The notes beneath the pieces are model-generated. The model made no database searches and was not told the origin of the DNA. It worked only from the letters and a program-made list of their open reading frames with translations. From Lepidodermella squamata (taxonomy: Eukaryota; Animalia; Gastrotricha): 64,000 nucleotides of DNA. A program made the position numbers and the translations under genes. Below are positions 9,119 to 20,796 of this stretch, one piece after another. The stretch lies in the NCBI GenBank assembly GCA_047495785.1, contig JBLDXI010000046.1, positions 1,674,001-1,738,000 of the forward strand, given 5' to 3'. Position 1 is the first letter of the stretch, and every line of letters starts with the position of its first letter.

Positions 9119-11965
9119 ATGTCGTTCGTAACTGTGCTTTATTGTAATGCTAATTCTTTTAACAATAAGATCGACAACTTGCTGATGAAAATTGGCGACG
9201 CTCCTCCGCTTGTTATCATAGTAGTAGAATCCGGCTTCAAAGAGGATAAGAAAAGCGCTAATGAGCTAGAAAGCCTTGGCTACATCTCGTTTACTCAAAA
9301 TAGAGTCGCTCATAAAAGTGGAGGGTCAGCCGGCTTCATTCATCACTCTCTCAATCCTCGCCTTCTTAGCACCTTCTCTTTCGATGGCTATATAGAATGT
9401 GTCACTTGTCTTTGTCAGCTCGATAGAACATCGCTACGGTTGGTTATCGTATATCGGTCACCTAATTCGCCAATGGAATCCATTCGTGATCTCGTGAGTT
9501 ACTTGCAAAAGCAAGTCGATACTACAGAACCCTGCGTAATGGTTGGTGACTTCAACTTGCCAGAGTTCAACTGGGTAACGTTCAAAAATCCTAGCAAATT
9601 ACTTTACTCATGTTTTACCGAGTTCTTTCTGAGAAATAATCTAATCCAATATGTTGATAAACCAACGCGTGGTGATAATATCCTCGACCTAGTCATATCT
9701 AATATTCCTAATATCGTCTCGTGTGTCGAAGTTGATGAACCGCTCGCGGCTTCTTGTGATCATAATGTTGTAAGATTCAGGATGAATGTGGAATTTTGCT
9801 CATCAAGTTCAAAGACTCATGTTTTGAGCGCCTTCAACTTTCGGAAATGCGACTACGTCAACTTTGGGAACTATGTAGATTCGGTAAACTGGCTTGTAAT
9901 GTTCTCAAACTGCAGCATGGACACCTGTTACACACGGTTTCTGCACACAATCTATCGAGGCATTTTGCTATTCGTACCTCGACGGAAGACTCGTAAGCGA
10001 AAGAAAGGGCGAATGCCCTGGGTCAGCGCGGCCATTCAGCGGTTATCAAATAGGAAAAGTCGCCTGTACCGCCAATGGAGAGCAAGTGGGAAATTATCAT
10101 CTGACTTTCTTCGCTATAAAGCGGCCTGCTTAATGTATGATTGTGAATATCGCAAGGCTAGACGAAATTACGAGGAAAATCTGCTCTCTGCTAACAAAAT
10201 TGATGATCTGTACAATTACTTCTCTATGCGTTTCAAAGCTCGCCCAGCGATTCCAGCCCTAGTTTTGAACAACGTTAGCATTGTGGATGATTCAGGTAAG
10301 GCTGAAGCCTTTAGGCAGCAATTCGCTGGAGCCTACAACAATAAGTCATTCTCAGCTACACCGAACTTTAAGGCTGTAAACGACTGTATTCAGACCATAG
10401 ATTTTACTGCTGATTTGGTGTATGATTATGTCTGTCAGATCAAAGAAAAGCCAGTAGGTGGTGTTGATAATCTACCAGCCGTCTTGATAAAAAAACTAGC
10501 TCGATCGCTTTGTACGCCTTTATCTTTGTTATTTCAAATATCATTAGTGACCGGTGAAATTCCTCTTGTGTGGAAATACGCAAATGTGGCTCCTATCTAT
10601 AAGAAGAGTGGTGATGCTTCTTCGGCGGGGAATTACAGACCCGTTAGTCTAACCTGTATTCTATGTAAAGTTCAGGAAACTATTGTAAAAGACAAATTGT
10701 TGATATACTTGAACAGGAATAACTTGATCCCAGATAACCAATTCGGTTTCATATCGCGCAGATGTTGCGAGACGCAGCTCCTCTCTTGTACTAACGACTG
10801 GCTTGGTTTTCTAGACCAACTCCTCGATGTTGTAGTTATTTACCTCGATCTTTCCAAGGCTTTCGATACAGTTCCGATCACATTGTTGTTAGCAAAGCTT
10901 CTTGACATTAACGTTTGTGGCGCGCTCCTTCGCTGGATAAAAGCTTTTCTTTCCGATCGTTTCTTTCGTGTGATTGTCAACTCTGAAGCCTCGGAATGGT
11001 CCCCCGTAACTTCCGGGGTGCCTCAAGGCTCGGTTCTTGGTCCGATATTGTTTCTGATATACACATCGGATGTAAACTCGTGTATTCTGAAATCGATTAT
11101 GAAGTTATTTGCTGATGACACGAAGCTATACAAGGTCATTCGTAATCTCACAGACTGCTTTGAACTTCAGGAAGACTTAGATCGGTTAATCAAATGGTTT
11201 GACGATAACGGATTGTCTGTTAATTCTAAAAAATGTGTCGTACTGAGAATGGGCAAAAATGAATTTCCGTTTCAATTTAGCATCAATGGTGTGGACCTGC
11301 AAGTTGTCAACTCAGTGAAAGATCTCGGTGTTACTATCGATTCAAAGCTATCTTTTTCAGATCATTGTCAGTCTCTCGCAGCGAAATGTAATCGTATTAA
11401 TGGAATGATAGCCAAATCATTTTCGTCTAAGGCCCTCCGATTTAGAGCGTATAAAACATACACATTATCTCGTTTGGACTTCTGTCCAGCCGTGTACTCG
11501 CCTTTTTCATTACAGGATATTGATGACCTTGAATCGGTACAAAAGCGGTTCACAAAAAGACTACTCTATCGAAGCTCGTATCACGAAACGGTCGAGGGTG
11601 CATCTTATGAGGAACGTCTACAGAAATTGGGCTTAACGACGCTAGAGGTTCGCCGCTTCCAACATGACCTCATTCTAATGCATAAAATGTATCAGGGTTG
11701 TATTGATATAAATTTCTCTGACTTTTTTATAATCTCCCGAAACTCTCGCCTTCCTCCTCATTCTGTGACGATGAAAGCGGTTAGAAATAACCTGAACTAT
11801 AAATTTAGCTTCTCCAGGCGCGTGCGTGCTGCGTGGAACCGTCTGCCGTCTTGCGTGGTTAACAACTCTCACAGTGCTTTTTGCAAACATATAAAATTTA
11901 ATTCGCCTTCATTGGTAAACTACGTGACTTCTGTGGTGAGGCGCCAAGAAACAACTTTCTGCTAA
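9119..11965 (+). CDS. LINE ORF2: apurinic endonuclease + reverse transcriptase, intact 948 aa
   Basis: APE motifs (YCNANS, VYRSPN, VGDFNLP, PTRGDNILDLV, CDHNVV); RT motifs (NYRPVSLT, YLDLSKAFD, SGVPQGSVLGP, LFADD); CR1-type C-terminus FSRRVRAAWNRLP. Confidence 0.97.
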   Translation: MSFVTVLYCNANSFNNKIDNLLMKIGDAPPLVIIVVESGFKEDKKSANELESLGYISFTQNRVAHKSGGSAGFIHHSLNPRLLSTFSFDGYIECVTCLCQLDRTSLRLVIVYRSPNSPMESIRDLVSYLQKQVDTTEPCVMVGDFNLPEFNWVTFKNPSKLLYSCFTEFFLRNNLIQYVDKPTRGDNILDLVISNIPNIVSCVEVDEPLAASCDHNVVRFRMNVEFCSSSSKTHVLSAFNFRKCDYVNFGNYVDSVNWLVMFSNCSMDTCYTRFLHTIYRGILLFVPRRKTRKRKKGRMPWVSAAIQRLSNRKSRLYRQWRASGKLSSDFLRYKAACLMYDCEYRKARRNYEENLLSANKIDDLYNYFSMRFKARPAIPALVLNNVSIVDDSGKAEAFRQQFAGAYNNKSFSATPNFKAVNDCIQTIDFTADLVYDYVCQIKEKPVGGVDNLPAVLIKKLARSLCTPLSLLFQISLVTGEIPLVWKYANVAPIYKKSGDASSAGNYRPVSLTCILCKVQETIVKDKLLIYLNRNNLIPDNQFGFISRRCCETQLLSCTNDWLGFLDQLLDVVVIYLDLSKAFDTVPITLLLAKLLDINVCGALLRWIKAFLSDRFFRVIVNSEASEWSPVTSGVPQGSVLGPILFLIYTSDVNSCILKSIMKLFADDTKLYKVIRNLTDCFELQEDLDRLIKWFDDNGLSVNSKKCVVLRMGKNEFPFQFSINGVDLQVVNSVKDLGVTIDSKLSFSDHCQSLAAKCNRINGMIAKSFSSKALRFRAYKTYTLSRLDFCPAVYSPFSLQDIDDLESVQKRFTKRLLYRSSYHETVEGASYEERLQKLGLTTLEVRRFQHDLILMHKMYQGCIDINFSDFFIISRNSRLPPHSVTMKAVRNNLNYKFSFSRRVRAAWNRLPSCVVNNSHSAFCKHIKFNSPSLVNYVTSVVRRQETTFC

Positions 11966-12012
11966 ACTAAACTTAACTATTTGCTAACTGTTGAAAAACA
12001 ATTTGCAATAAA

Positions 12013-12046
12013 AATGAGAATGAGAATGAGAATGAGAATGAATGAG
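12013..12046 (+). repeat. (AATGAG)n 3' tail of the LINE
   Basis: Five full AATGAG units plus one partial, directly after AATAAA, ~50 nt after the ORF2 stop. Confidence 0.9.
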
Positions 12047-12331
12047 TTTTAATCCTTCCGCCGATTTTCGTACACTTTCTTTAGAACGGATCTAGTTGAA
12101 ACTCGCGCATAACTACATGTTAATACATGTTTACATATACGATTCCTAGAATAGAGTAACGTGGTTGTTATATTATATAAGGTTGCGCGGTGTATCGGAT
12201 AACAGATTACGATATAAAAGAGCTCTAAGTTTTATCAGAGTTTTATCACGCCGTTTTCTTAGTTATAGGAACGTTGATATTAGATAACGGATTTCTCTCA
12301 AGAAAATCCCTTTTTCACAAAAACCTGAAAC

Positions 12332-13081
12332 ATGAGCCTTACATATGCGCCTACTGTTAGGAGCTTCGGCAAGAAGACACATTTACGGTGCAAATTGACG
12401 AATGCGAAAGGAAAAAACGTCGATTCGCGATCAGATCACCAGAATGGACAGCAGGAAGAAATGGAGTCGGCCTTCGCCAATCTACTGGATGCGCGAATTC
12501 ATTTGAGAAATGCACTGGAAGCTGATATGTTGGGGAATTCGAAAAAAAATTGCGATCGCAAGGAAAAAGAATTGACGTTTAATGCTCTTCACAAGAGCAT
12601 ATCATGCATTGGGGTAATTTATATCAATTCGAGTTGTCTTGGCGTCAAATATTTGGATATCACCGATTTTCTCAACGGCATGGTGTCACCGCATTGTGAT
12701 CGGCTTACATTTTTCCAAGACTGTAAGAATCGCACGTACGATATTCATGGCGATTTGATTCGCTTCCGAACAAGTGGCGTCGTCCTAAATGTCGCACAGG
12801 TTTATTGCCTGTCATGCAAAATCAGCTGCCTGAGAATGCTGTTTAATATACGACAGTCCACTGAGCCACCATCGCCGTGCTCGGAGAGCGAGAGTGAGAT
12901 CTTCGAGAGCGATGGCTCGCTGTACACGGGAGCTGCGGCTAGAATCCAGTTTATGGCAGCCCAAATTGACGCAAATATGCCAAAAAATATATTTGAAGCT
13001 ACATTTTACGACGGAGAAATGGCAACAAACCGGAATGCCCCAGTATGGCTCAATTGCTTTGGCAAACATATTATGGCATAA
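12332..13081 (+). CDS. Intronless 249-aa ORF, unknown function
   Basis: ATG-initiated ORF; TATA-like tatataa/tataaaa upstream at ~12174 and ~12213; Cys/His-containing (HCD...CLSC). Confidence 0.5.
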   Translation: MSLTYAPTVRSFGKKTHLRCKLTNAKGKNVDSRSDHQNGQQEEMESAFANLLDARIHLRNALEADMLGNSKKNCDRKEKELTFNALHKSISCIGVIYINSSCLGVKYLDITDFLNGMVSPHCDRLTFFQDCKNRTYDIHGDLIRFRTSGVVLNVAQVYCLSCKISCLRMLFNIRQSTEPPSPCSESESEIFESDGSLYTGAAARIQFMAAQIDANMPKNIFEATFYDGEMATNRNAPVWLNCFGKHIMA

Positions 13082-13431
13082 CTCATACTGTAACACACAC
13101 TTTGGCAAAGCTCAAGACGTAGAAAAAGCAAATGGCACACTTTCGATTCTAAACCACGAGTAAAATCAACAAAGTCAATTGTATTGCTAACTGATACGAT
13201 ACCGTAAGCTGGTCTTATTTCGTAATTTTGGACACTTATGACTTTGAAATTAAATTACTCCTCCGTTCAAAATGCATAATATAGTCCCGAGTCTTGTCCA
13301 TCAAACGGATATGTATGCGAAGAATTCTTCGCAGGCATGTCCCGCGCCCCAAAATTGCTAAATTTTCACCAAGTAGGTATTTTTTGGTGGAAAGAAGCGG
13401 AAAAGAAGAAGCGCCATCGATTTAGTAATGC

Positions 13432-14445
13432 CCCAGTCAAAAGCCGCTAGGCCTGTGGTAGGCCTAGAGGGCAATTTCCCGCTTTAGGCCTATGGTAGGC
13501 CTACGTTTGCCCCTTTTTCTAGGCCTAGACTAGGCTAGACTTAAGAGGTATACCCGCAACAATAATTATGACGGGCTACCCCTGCTCCCTGAGCTCTCAG
13601 GTGCCAGTAACCATTGCAGATCGACTCGAAACATTGTTTGAAAGAATCGAAAGACGAATCGCTCGATGTTGACTTGTGTCGTCGGTTGGAGTCGAACCCG
13701 GGTCGCCTTGCCAAAGAGGTGGACGCGCTACCACTAGACCAGCTGGTCACGCTTATACAGTAGGGGTTAATAGGGGTTTATAAGTTTCAAGTCGGTTTTT
13801 TCGGAATTTCTTTGCACGTGCAAGGGAGATAGAGATTCATCGAGAAGGTCAGTTTGCTCATAGCGCAGTTGGTCGGAGGTCCACGGTCACCCAGGGTCAC
13901 CCATGGTACCCACAGAGGGTGTCTAATTCCCATTATTGGTCATTTTTGTGTATAACTTATTTTATTTTTATTTTTTTTATTTTTTTATTTTCATTATTCT
14001 TCCTCTTCCAGTTCTTCATGAGGAATCTAATGGTTAAATCAGTTTCCACGTAGGACACATGGTCATTACGATGTGGGTAAATGAAGCCTGACCAGTAGAT
14101 TACCCAGAAAGGGACATAATCTGTAATGTTGTTAATTTTATCGATGGTATATATGGTAAGATGGATGAAGCTCTACGCTGAAATTGATTCACAAATGATT
14201 GAAATTCAAACATATTATCCTATGCTCAGATCTCATAATTTCATATACACAAGTCATAAATACACCAATCGGCTTCATGCAATGCCTAGGCCTACCCTAG
14301 GCCTAACCTAGGCCTACAGAGAAATAAGTAGGCCTATCGCAGGCCTAACAATCTCGAGCCATTTTTACCAGGCCTAGCCTAGGCCTATATCTCAACTGGG
14401 CAGGCGCGAATAGGCCTAGCCTAGGCCTAGCGGCTTTTGACTGGG
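13432..14445. mobile_element. Nested non-autonomous DNA transposon, CMC/EnSpm-like termini
   Basis: 23-bp TIR CCCAGTCAAAAGCCGCTAGGCCT; 3-bp TSD TGC (13429-31, 14446-48); many subterminal TAGGCCTA palindromes at both ends. Confidence 0.85.
13674..13750 (-). other. tRNA-derived sequence (SINE-head-like Pol III promoter), not a functional tRNA
   Basis: A box TGGTCTAGTGG and B box GGTTCGACTCC at tRNA spacing; acceptor and T stems do not pair. Confidence 0.65.
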
Positions 14446-14764
14446 TGCTGTTATGTTCAAAATTTTGACATCTTTTGACATAAAGCGCGTAAAATAATTC
14501 ATCCACCTCAAAGTATGAAGCCCGAAAAACACGTTTTTGTCCGAAATAAGACCAGCTTACGGTAATTAAAATTGAATTAGCAGTTCAAACGTAAAACGCA
14601 ACATTTTGACGAGTTGATAGAGAGACCATGTTGTTCAAACCACCTAAAAATGTTATTAAATCTTCATGCAGTTTTTCACAGTCATATTGAGATTCAATAA
14701 TTTTTAATAATAAATAAAATAATAATAAATAATAATTTCAAATGAATAATAAATAAATAATAAT

Positions 14765-15240
14765 TGCTTGGCCAGAGAATTAGTGAGACACTTATCAACA
14801 AAAATTTTTAAAATTAAAAATAACAAAGGCCCCAGCACTAATCGCTGTGGACAACAGATGGCAGAGAACACCAGGTAGGAAAACGTGAAGGAATTCTTAC
14901 ACGAAAGCACCGATCATAGAGATAAGATCGGAGCCAAGAGGATAGTTTTCGACTAATAATAGAAAATTAATGTCACCGGATAAGCCAAATCAGGAGCTAA
15001 TGTTTTAGTAAAAATTGAGGTAGTAAATCTGCCCCCCCCCCCCCCCCACCAAACTTTGGTTTCAAAGCAGAAAGTAAATGGCTGGGGTGGCGACTTCCGC
15101 TGATTGGCAAGCAGACAAGCTGATAGCTTTTGCCCCAGCTCGGACCAAACTGAAATGACTAGTTGCGGCGTTGAAGTTGTCGAGAAGTCATATTCGGACA
15201 TCAGGGAATCTTTTAAAGCTTCGTTGGACATTTTTGCTTT
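14765..15240 (-). pseudogene. Decayed CR1-type RT fragment
   Basis: Frameshifted pieces FTKTLAPDLAYPVTLIF / LSSWLRSYLYDRCFRVRI / CPQRLVLGPLLFLI align by eye with ORF2 segments IKKLARSLCTPLSLLF / LLRWIKAFLSDRFFRVIV / VPQGSVLGPILFLI. Confidence 0.7.
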
Positions 15241-15970
15241 CTTTTATTTTCTTGTTTGGCATACTGAGACTTCTAGTAGCTCACAAGAAAAAACCATGTT
15301 ATCAGTCCTGGGTGGCCCAAATATGACGAGTACCGAGGTGTCCAAGCCTAAGGAAGCTCGATATTTTTTATGTAAAATAAATATTTATGATACATAAAAT
15401 TATGTATGTATATGTGTTCATCGCGGAGCATTTCCAGAACAAATTTTTTGAATCTGTCCGAACCTTGACCATTAGGTAGCTGGAATTTAACGTCCTAGAT
15501 CAGTTAAGGCTGAGGATTCATTTAACAATCGAACAGAGGTGTTGGAAGTTTCTCAACCGGTGTTGGCTAAGGTGTTGCAGATTCCAAGATTTATCCTTAT
15601 GTAGAAAATTGAATGAGCAATTCTCGTTAAGTTGGCCTAATTTGTTTCATGGCAAGCTTCAAGGAGCAACCGATCAAAACAACCAGCTCACGCGACTCAG
15701 CAAAACATCAGTATCAAGTGGCATTGGTGTCAAAATTTGCTTTGGATAGCAGGCGAAAGCCCATCGAGCCCTACCAGCGGCTAGTGAAATTGGTAGACAC
15801 CTGGAATGAGCTCCCAAAACTTGCTTCCCGCAACGGGTTGACATCGAACGCTTCAAAAAGAGTGTGAATGCCCTAGGCTGCACCTCATCACCGTGATAAA
15901 CGCAGCCGAAATTTTTGCGTAAATGAAAAAAAAGCGACCATGCTGTAATTAAGCTGTGTCAGCCTGGCTG

Positions 15971-16098
15971 CTTTCGACAGTGACGGGGAAACTCCCCGTT
16001 TTTTAAGCGTACGCTCATATCCTCCTCGACTACGCACCGAACGAACGAACGACGGAATACGGCCGACGACAACGGGGAGTTTCCCCGTCATTCCAAGG
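15971..16098. mobile_element. Small MITE-like element
   Basis: 20-bp inverted repeat TGACGGGGAAACTCCCCGTT (15981-16000 / 16071-16090); related copy at ~61953-62046. Confidence 0.6.
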
Positions 16099-17159
16099 AA
16101 TTCTCGGCAATGAATTGAAAACTCAACATTTTTTCATAACTGTTCCGGAGGTACCGCTCTTACGGAGTTTATTTACGGAACTTCCCGCGAGATGATTCTG
16201 AATTCGTTTGAATTTTGATCTCTCTTACTGACCCTAAAACATGACATGGCCTCACATCAGAAACATTTATTGGGCGGTGGAAAACCCGATATTTAAACAA
16301 ATATGTAAGATAAGTAATTAAATATTCGAATACATATTTTATGTACATATTTTGGTACATATTACTCGGGCCCTGGTGATGAGTCTCATCAAAATTCTTT
16401 GCAAAAGAATTGAAAAAACTCGAAAGATAATTGACATCTTTATTAATCTTTTAAAACAATAAAACAATAGCATTGAAGGATTCACTAATGATCCATACTG
16501 ATTGATAGGACTTATCCATCGATGATTCGGTAAAGAACGCAAAGCTGGTCGGTAAATAAAGTGTCCAACGCTGAAATGAGGAATAATCTCTGCGGCCACT
16601 ACGTGCGCGGCAACGTTCATCGTGGACGTGTTGATGCCCAATTATGTAATACCTCAGAAAAGGCGATGCGTCAATGAGTGCTCCTTTCAATTACCGAATG
16701 TTGAAGCTGGAGGAGCAGCCTCGCCCATGCCTCTCCCATCCTTACTTACGCAAGCAATGAACAATGCAAGGCCGAGACACATGGAATCTTGAACGCCTTT
16801 ATCACCCTCTTTTCGCCCTCCTATGGACGTTTGCCACGATGCAATCACGTTTTGAAAATTTCCAGTAACTGTAATAAAGTAGAATAACTGGCAGCATAAT
16901 GATTTCTTAGAGCATAAATGACGGTCTTTTCCCCATTTATTAATGCAAAACTAGTTGAAAAAATGCGTGTTCTTTTGGGTAGTACAGTCAGGGAGATGTG
17001 GCCGAATAAATCCACCTTATTATTTGTATTTTGGCCAGTACAATAACATTGTTATTGTATCAATAATTTTTGTACCACCGGACGATGACACCGAGTGTTG
17101 TTTCCCAGTTGCTATATATTCTTGTTGAGACATTTTATTTCTCTATATTAACCATTCTA

Positions 17160-18802
17160 CTACTCAAGCAAAGATTTGATCTCGTCCATCAAGGACTGTA
17201 GCGATGCACTCGAGTCCTCGTCATCAGTTGATTCCCCTGAATCATCATCGATCTCACTATCCAAAGACTCTTCTTCCGTCTGTTGGCTATCGTCTTCGTC
17301 GTTCAAAAACGCAGCGTTTATTTGCTGAATAATGGCGACCATTTTTTCTACTGCGATTATGAATCGTTTCAATTCAGATCGATTTCCTGAGTTTAGTACG
17401 GGTCTGCCCCGAAGGTGTGTTAACATGATCTCGCAAATTTTTCTGGCCTCGTTTTTGAGGTGATTGTGAAAAGCCGTCGGATAGAAGCCAGTCGCGTCGA
17501 AATTAATCTCAAGACATTCCACGAAGCGCTCCAGAGATTTAGCGTGGAGCCACGGTTTCGATGTCGCTGAAATGTTCGATAGTAGCTCGCTGAGACCCTC
17601 GTGTTTTAGGGCCAAGCAAAACAAGATCAGTTTCTGAGAACCAAGACAGCTATCTGGTGCATTTTTTAAGTGATGATACGTTTGTGGCGGCATTTCAACT
17701 CGTTCGTACGCCTCAAGCCAAGCGAAGTTTTCCCTCCATTTGACAAGACGCTTCTCAGGCACTGAACATAACATGGGATCAGTTTCTTGTACGCCTAAGA
17801 ATTCCAACTCCTCGTCCTTGATGCGTAAAGATCGGTGCTCGTTACGAAAGCGAATGGCGTTCGATAACTTCATTACCCATGTAGAAGTCTCGAAAACATG
17901 TAGTAAGGACAACAAACAGAGCGAGGAAAGACCGGTCAAAATTGATGTAACGATTGAGGCGGGTGTTCCTATCGAGGTTGGACAACAAAAATAAACAATA
18001 GCTGCTAAAGCTATTGATACAGTAGCTCGAATCAGCCAAATAAAAGCAACAGTACTTTGCACACTGTAGCTAATTCCTAGGCAGCACCAAGAAGCGAAGT
18101 GCTCGCAATTCTCGAATATCAGGCCGTAACCTTTCCGCCCTAACATCGATTCCGCCCGTATAATGGTCGTCTCGCGGCAACATTTAGCTGCCTCTTCAAA
18201 GCTGACCATCGACCTTACACTTTGCTCATTGTTCAATGTTTGTTCATTCCTCCACCATGGCTTGGAATAGTCATCGTACACTTCGTCTGGAGAACAATAA
18301 TAAATGGTCAAACAGCGCAGCCTAGGGATGCTGATGACGTCTGCTAGATCGTCAGGTCGGATCGAAGCATGAATTAGCTTTTTGTCTATCCCCAACAGCC
18401 GAGATAAAAAAGAAGGTTCTCTTTGCTCGTCGTAAAGCGTATCTTTCCCAGCATCTTCTGCATGGCAAATCGGGCAGGCACAAGCCTGATCAGGGCCACT
18501 GTCGTACCTGCAAATCAATTTAAATTTCAGATGATTTTCGACTGGCCTTGTAAATTAACCGGTGAGCTAGTGTAACAGTGCCATTGTTGTTCTGTAAGAC
18601 AACGGCAAAATGTTCGACACCTCGTTGTCTTGCAAATACCACGACGGACCCAGCTTGAAGCAAGTTCTTTACGTCAGCTGAAGACATTACTGATTTGCAT
18701 TTTGGCTGTGAACTGTCACCTTCATAGTGGCTAACATCCCAAGAACCGACACGTTCCCCAATCGGAGAACAAACGTAGCGATATTTTGTATCAATACACA
18801 TT
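17160..18802 (-). CDS. LRAT/PLAAT (HRASLS)-like permuted NlpC/P60 acyltransferase/phospholipase with TM segments and acidic tail
   Basis: GSVVVFARQRGVEHFAV...LAHR joined by intron 18508-18559 to YDSG...; RAESMLGRKGYGLIFENCEHFASWC contains the NCEHF motif; followed by hydrophobic helices. Confidence 0.85.
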
Positions 18803-18922
18803 CTACACGTAGAAAAATAGACAGAAAAAATGCATGGAGCAAATATTTAAATAGTAGCGAACAGCAAAAATATAGGGGACGATCCTTGATCTATGTTAGG
18901 GTTAGGTTAAATCGCGTTAAAT

Positions 18923-19807
18923 CTATTTATAAACTGAGCCATAGACCGAAGCGGCTGACGAGCCAGATGAATCATTGTTGCGAGAAGAAATTTCGAAAAC
19001 TGATACGAAATTTGAAGAAGAGACGGTTAGAAAAGACATCGCATAATGTTGATGCGCAAATTGTTCTTTATACCAATCATCATCTGCTTTCAACTCTATC
19101 AAATAGCATAACAATGTTGTGAGCTTCAGAATTCAGAAATAACGCATACCTTTTTGCGTTGATAGAAGCTCAAAAATGGACGCGAAGGCAGCCATGTTCT
19201 TCGCGAAAGCAAGGCAGTCTGCTAACGTCAGCAGGTATTTAGAATTTGTTTTTAAGATTCGATTAGCCAACAGGCATGCCAATTTCTCTGTCTTCATCTC
19301 CTCCCAGTTGACTGTAGCGATGTAATAGCAGTGATCCGAGTACAGCCATTTTTTGAGACAACTGCTGCGGTCATACTTCAACCAATACTGGCCCGATTTC
19401 GGCAAGAAGCAAATGTGATAAGTGGTCGCTATTGCTTCGCCCGGAAGCGTCATTCCCATTTCAATGTCTTGCACAGGGCTGAATTCGACTTGCTGGAAGA
19501 ACGAGTGTTGACCATTTTCAGGCTGCTTGATGTAGTTCTTAGCGTGCTTTTCGTCCAAGCAGAAGATATAAGCATGGCCACTTGCACGCATGACTTCTCT
19601 ATTGGTATCGCGATCGTACATGATGCACAAAAATACCATTCTGGCATTCTTCTGAGGGCTATAAGATTCAGCCAATTTCTTCAGAGCATCCACTTCATTG
19701 TCTATGCCTTCGCATAGTGGTAAGAGGTATCGCAAGGATTCACAATTGAACATTGCCAAGCTGACGCTTTTACCGAAAACTTCCGCTGTTTTGCCTCGAA
19801 GGGACAT
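18923..19807 (-). CDS. Upstream exons: either the 5' part of the LRAT-like gene or a separate gene; possible second papain-like domain
   Basis: 224-aa ORF; intron 19096-19149 (GTATGC...TAG) joins in frame to ELKADDDWYKEQF; motif YLLTLADCLAFAK. Confidence 0.6.
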
Positions 19808-20796
19808 TCTGGTACATAGCAGTAACTTCCTTGAATCTCACGTGATTTATGCCGCGCCTTAAAAGTTTAGCCTACAAAAATGCCAACTAAAAAATAGTAG
19901 AGCAAATTCTAGGACACGTTGTAGAATCTGAAGTGCATAATAGGGATAGGTTTTACTAGTTTTTTAAACATATTTGATATTGTTTTTGGCAAAGCAGATT
20001 TCATTATTGCTGTATCACCCCTGGCCTTATCTACCTTCGTTTATGATAACCACAAACTAGTTGAAAACGAACAGTGAATAAACATCGTGATCCCGCGTTA
20101 TCTTGGCCCGCGCGGTGATGACTAGGTATTAGCAAGTGGGCGTGAAATCCGAGATGATATTCGGGAAATATTACGGGCTACCTGATTTACTCGCCTGAAA
20201 AGCAACCTTAATTATATTACCGACTCAGGATATTTCAAAACTTGATAGGAGTCTTAGCCTGATTTTCGCTGGCTTTCCAGCTGCGAATCCACAGCCATGC
20301 AATTTTGACTACCGAAAATATAGATCCAGTCGGGCAAATACTCAATTATTACCAACAAAAATTCTTCGCTTTTGATTTTCTCTGATTAGTATTTAGCTTT
20401 TAGATCAAACGCTCAAAGGGAAACCACTCATCGCTCTGGACGACAATGCTTTAATGGAATAGACTACATTTCTTCGGCATTGACGAAACGGCCGGCTAAT
20501 GATGTGGCTATTAATAACTTGAACTTCGGCTTGCACTGTGTTCTCGCTACCAGCTACATGACGGCACCAAAACGGCGTACTAGCAGGTGGTTAGTCGTGC
20601 TCGTTACTTCTGTACGGAGCTCGAATTTAAAATAAAATGAAGTGTGGATGAGTGATGATAGCAAGTAGGTAATGAGTCTTTATTCAACACCCTTATATGA
20701 TGCTGCAATATTTTCAAAAAAATTAAATTCCGATTTCGTAATTTCAATCGAAAACTTCTTAATCAAGTTTAGGATTTCGTAGACGAGGCAGGTCCT

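Larger units (their letters stand above)
6310..12046 (+). mobile_element. CR1/L2-group LINE (ORF1 with PHD finger, ORF2 APE+RT, microsatellite tail), ORF1 interrupted by an LTR element; 5' UTR lies upstream of 6310, boundary not defined
   Basis: ORF2 has APE and RT motifs; ORF1 has a PHD-like Cys/His array; 3' end AATAAA followed by (AATGAG)n at 12013-12046. Confidence 0.92.
13202..14562. mobile_element. Non-autonomous Tc1/mariner-pogo-type element (MITE) hosting a nested insertion
   Basis: Perfect 21-bp TIR CCGTAAGCTGGTCTTATTTCG / CGAAATAAGACCAGCTTACGG, flanked by TA on both sides (13200-01, 14563-64). Confidence 0.85.

Noticed and set aside
13674-13750. Functional tRNA gene
   Set aside because: A and B boxes are present but acceptor, anticodon and T stems do not pair.
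15032-15047. C16 homopolymer
   Set aside because: Simple repeat inside a decayed LINE fragment; no evidence of function.
15540-15870. Possible LINE ORF2 C-terminal remnant (LVDTWNELP)
   Set aside because: Only one short motif matches; too degenerate to list as a feature.
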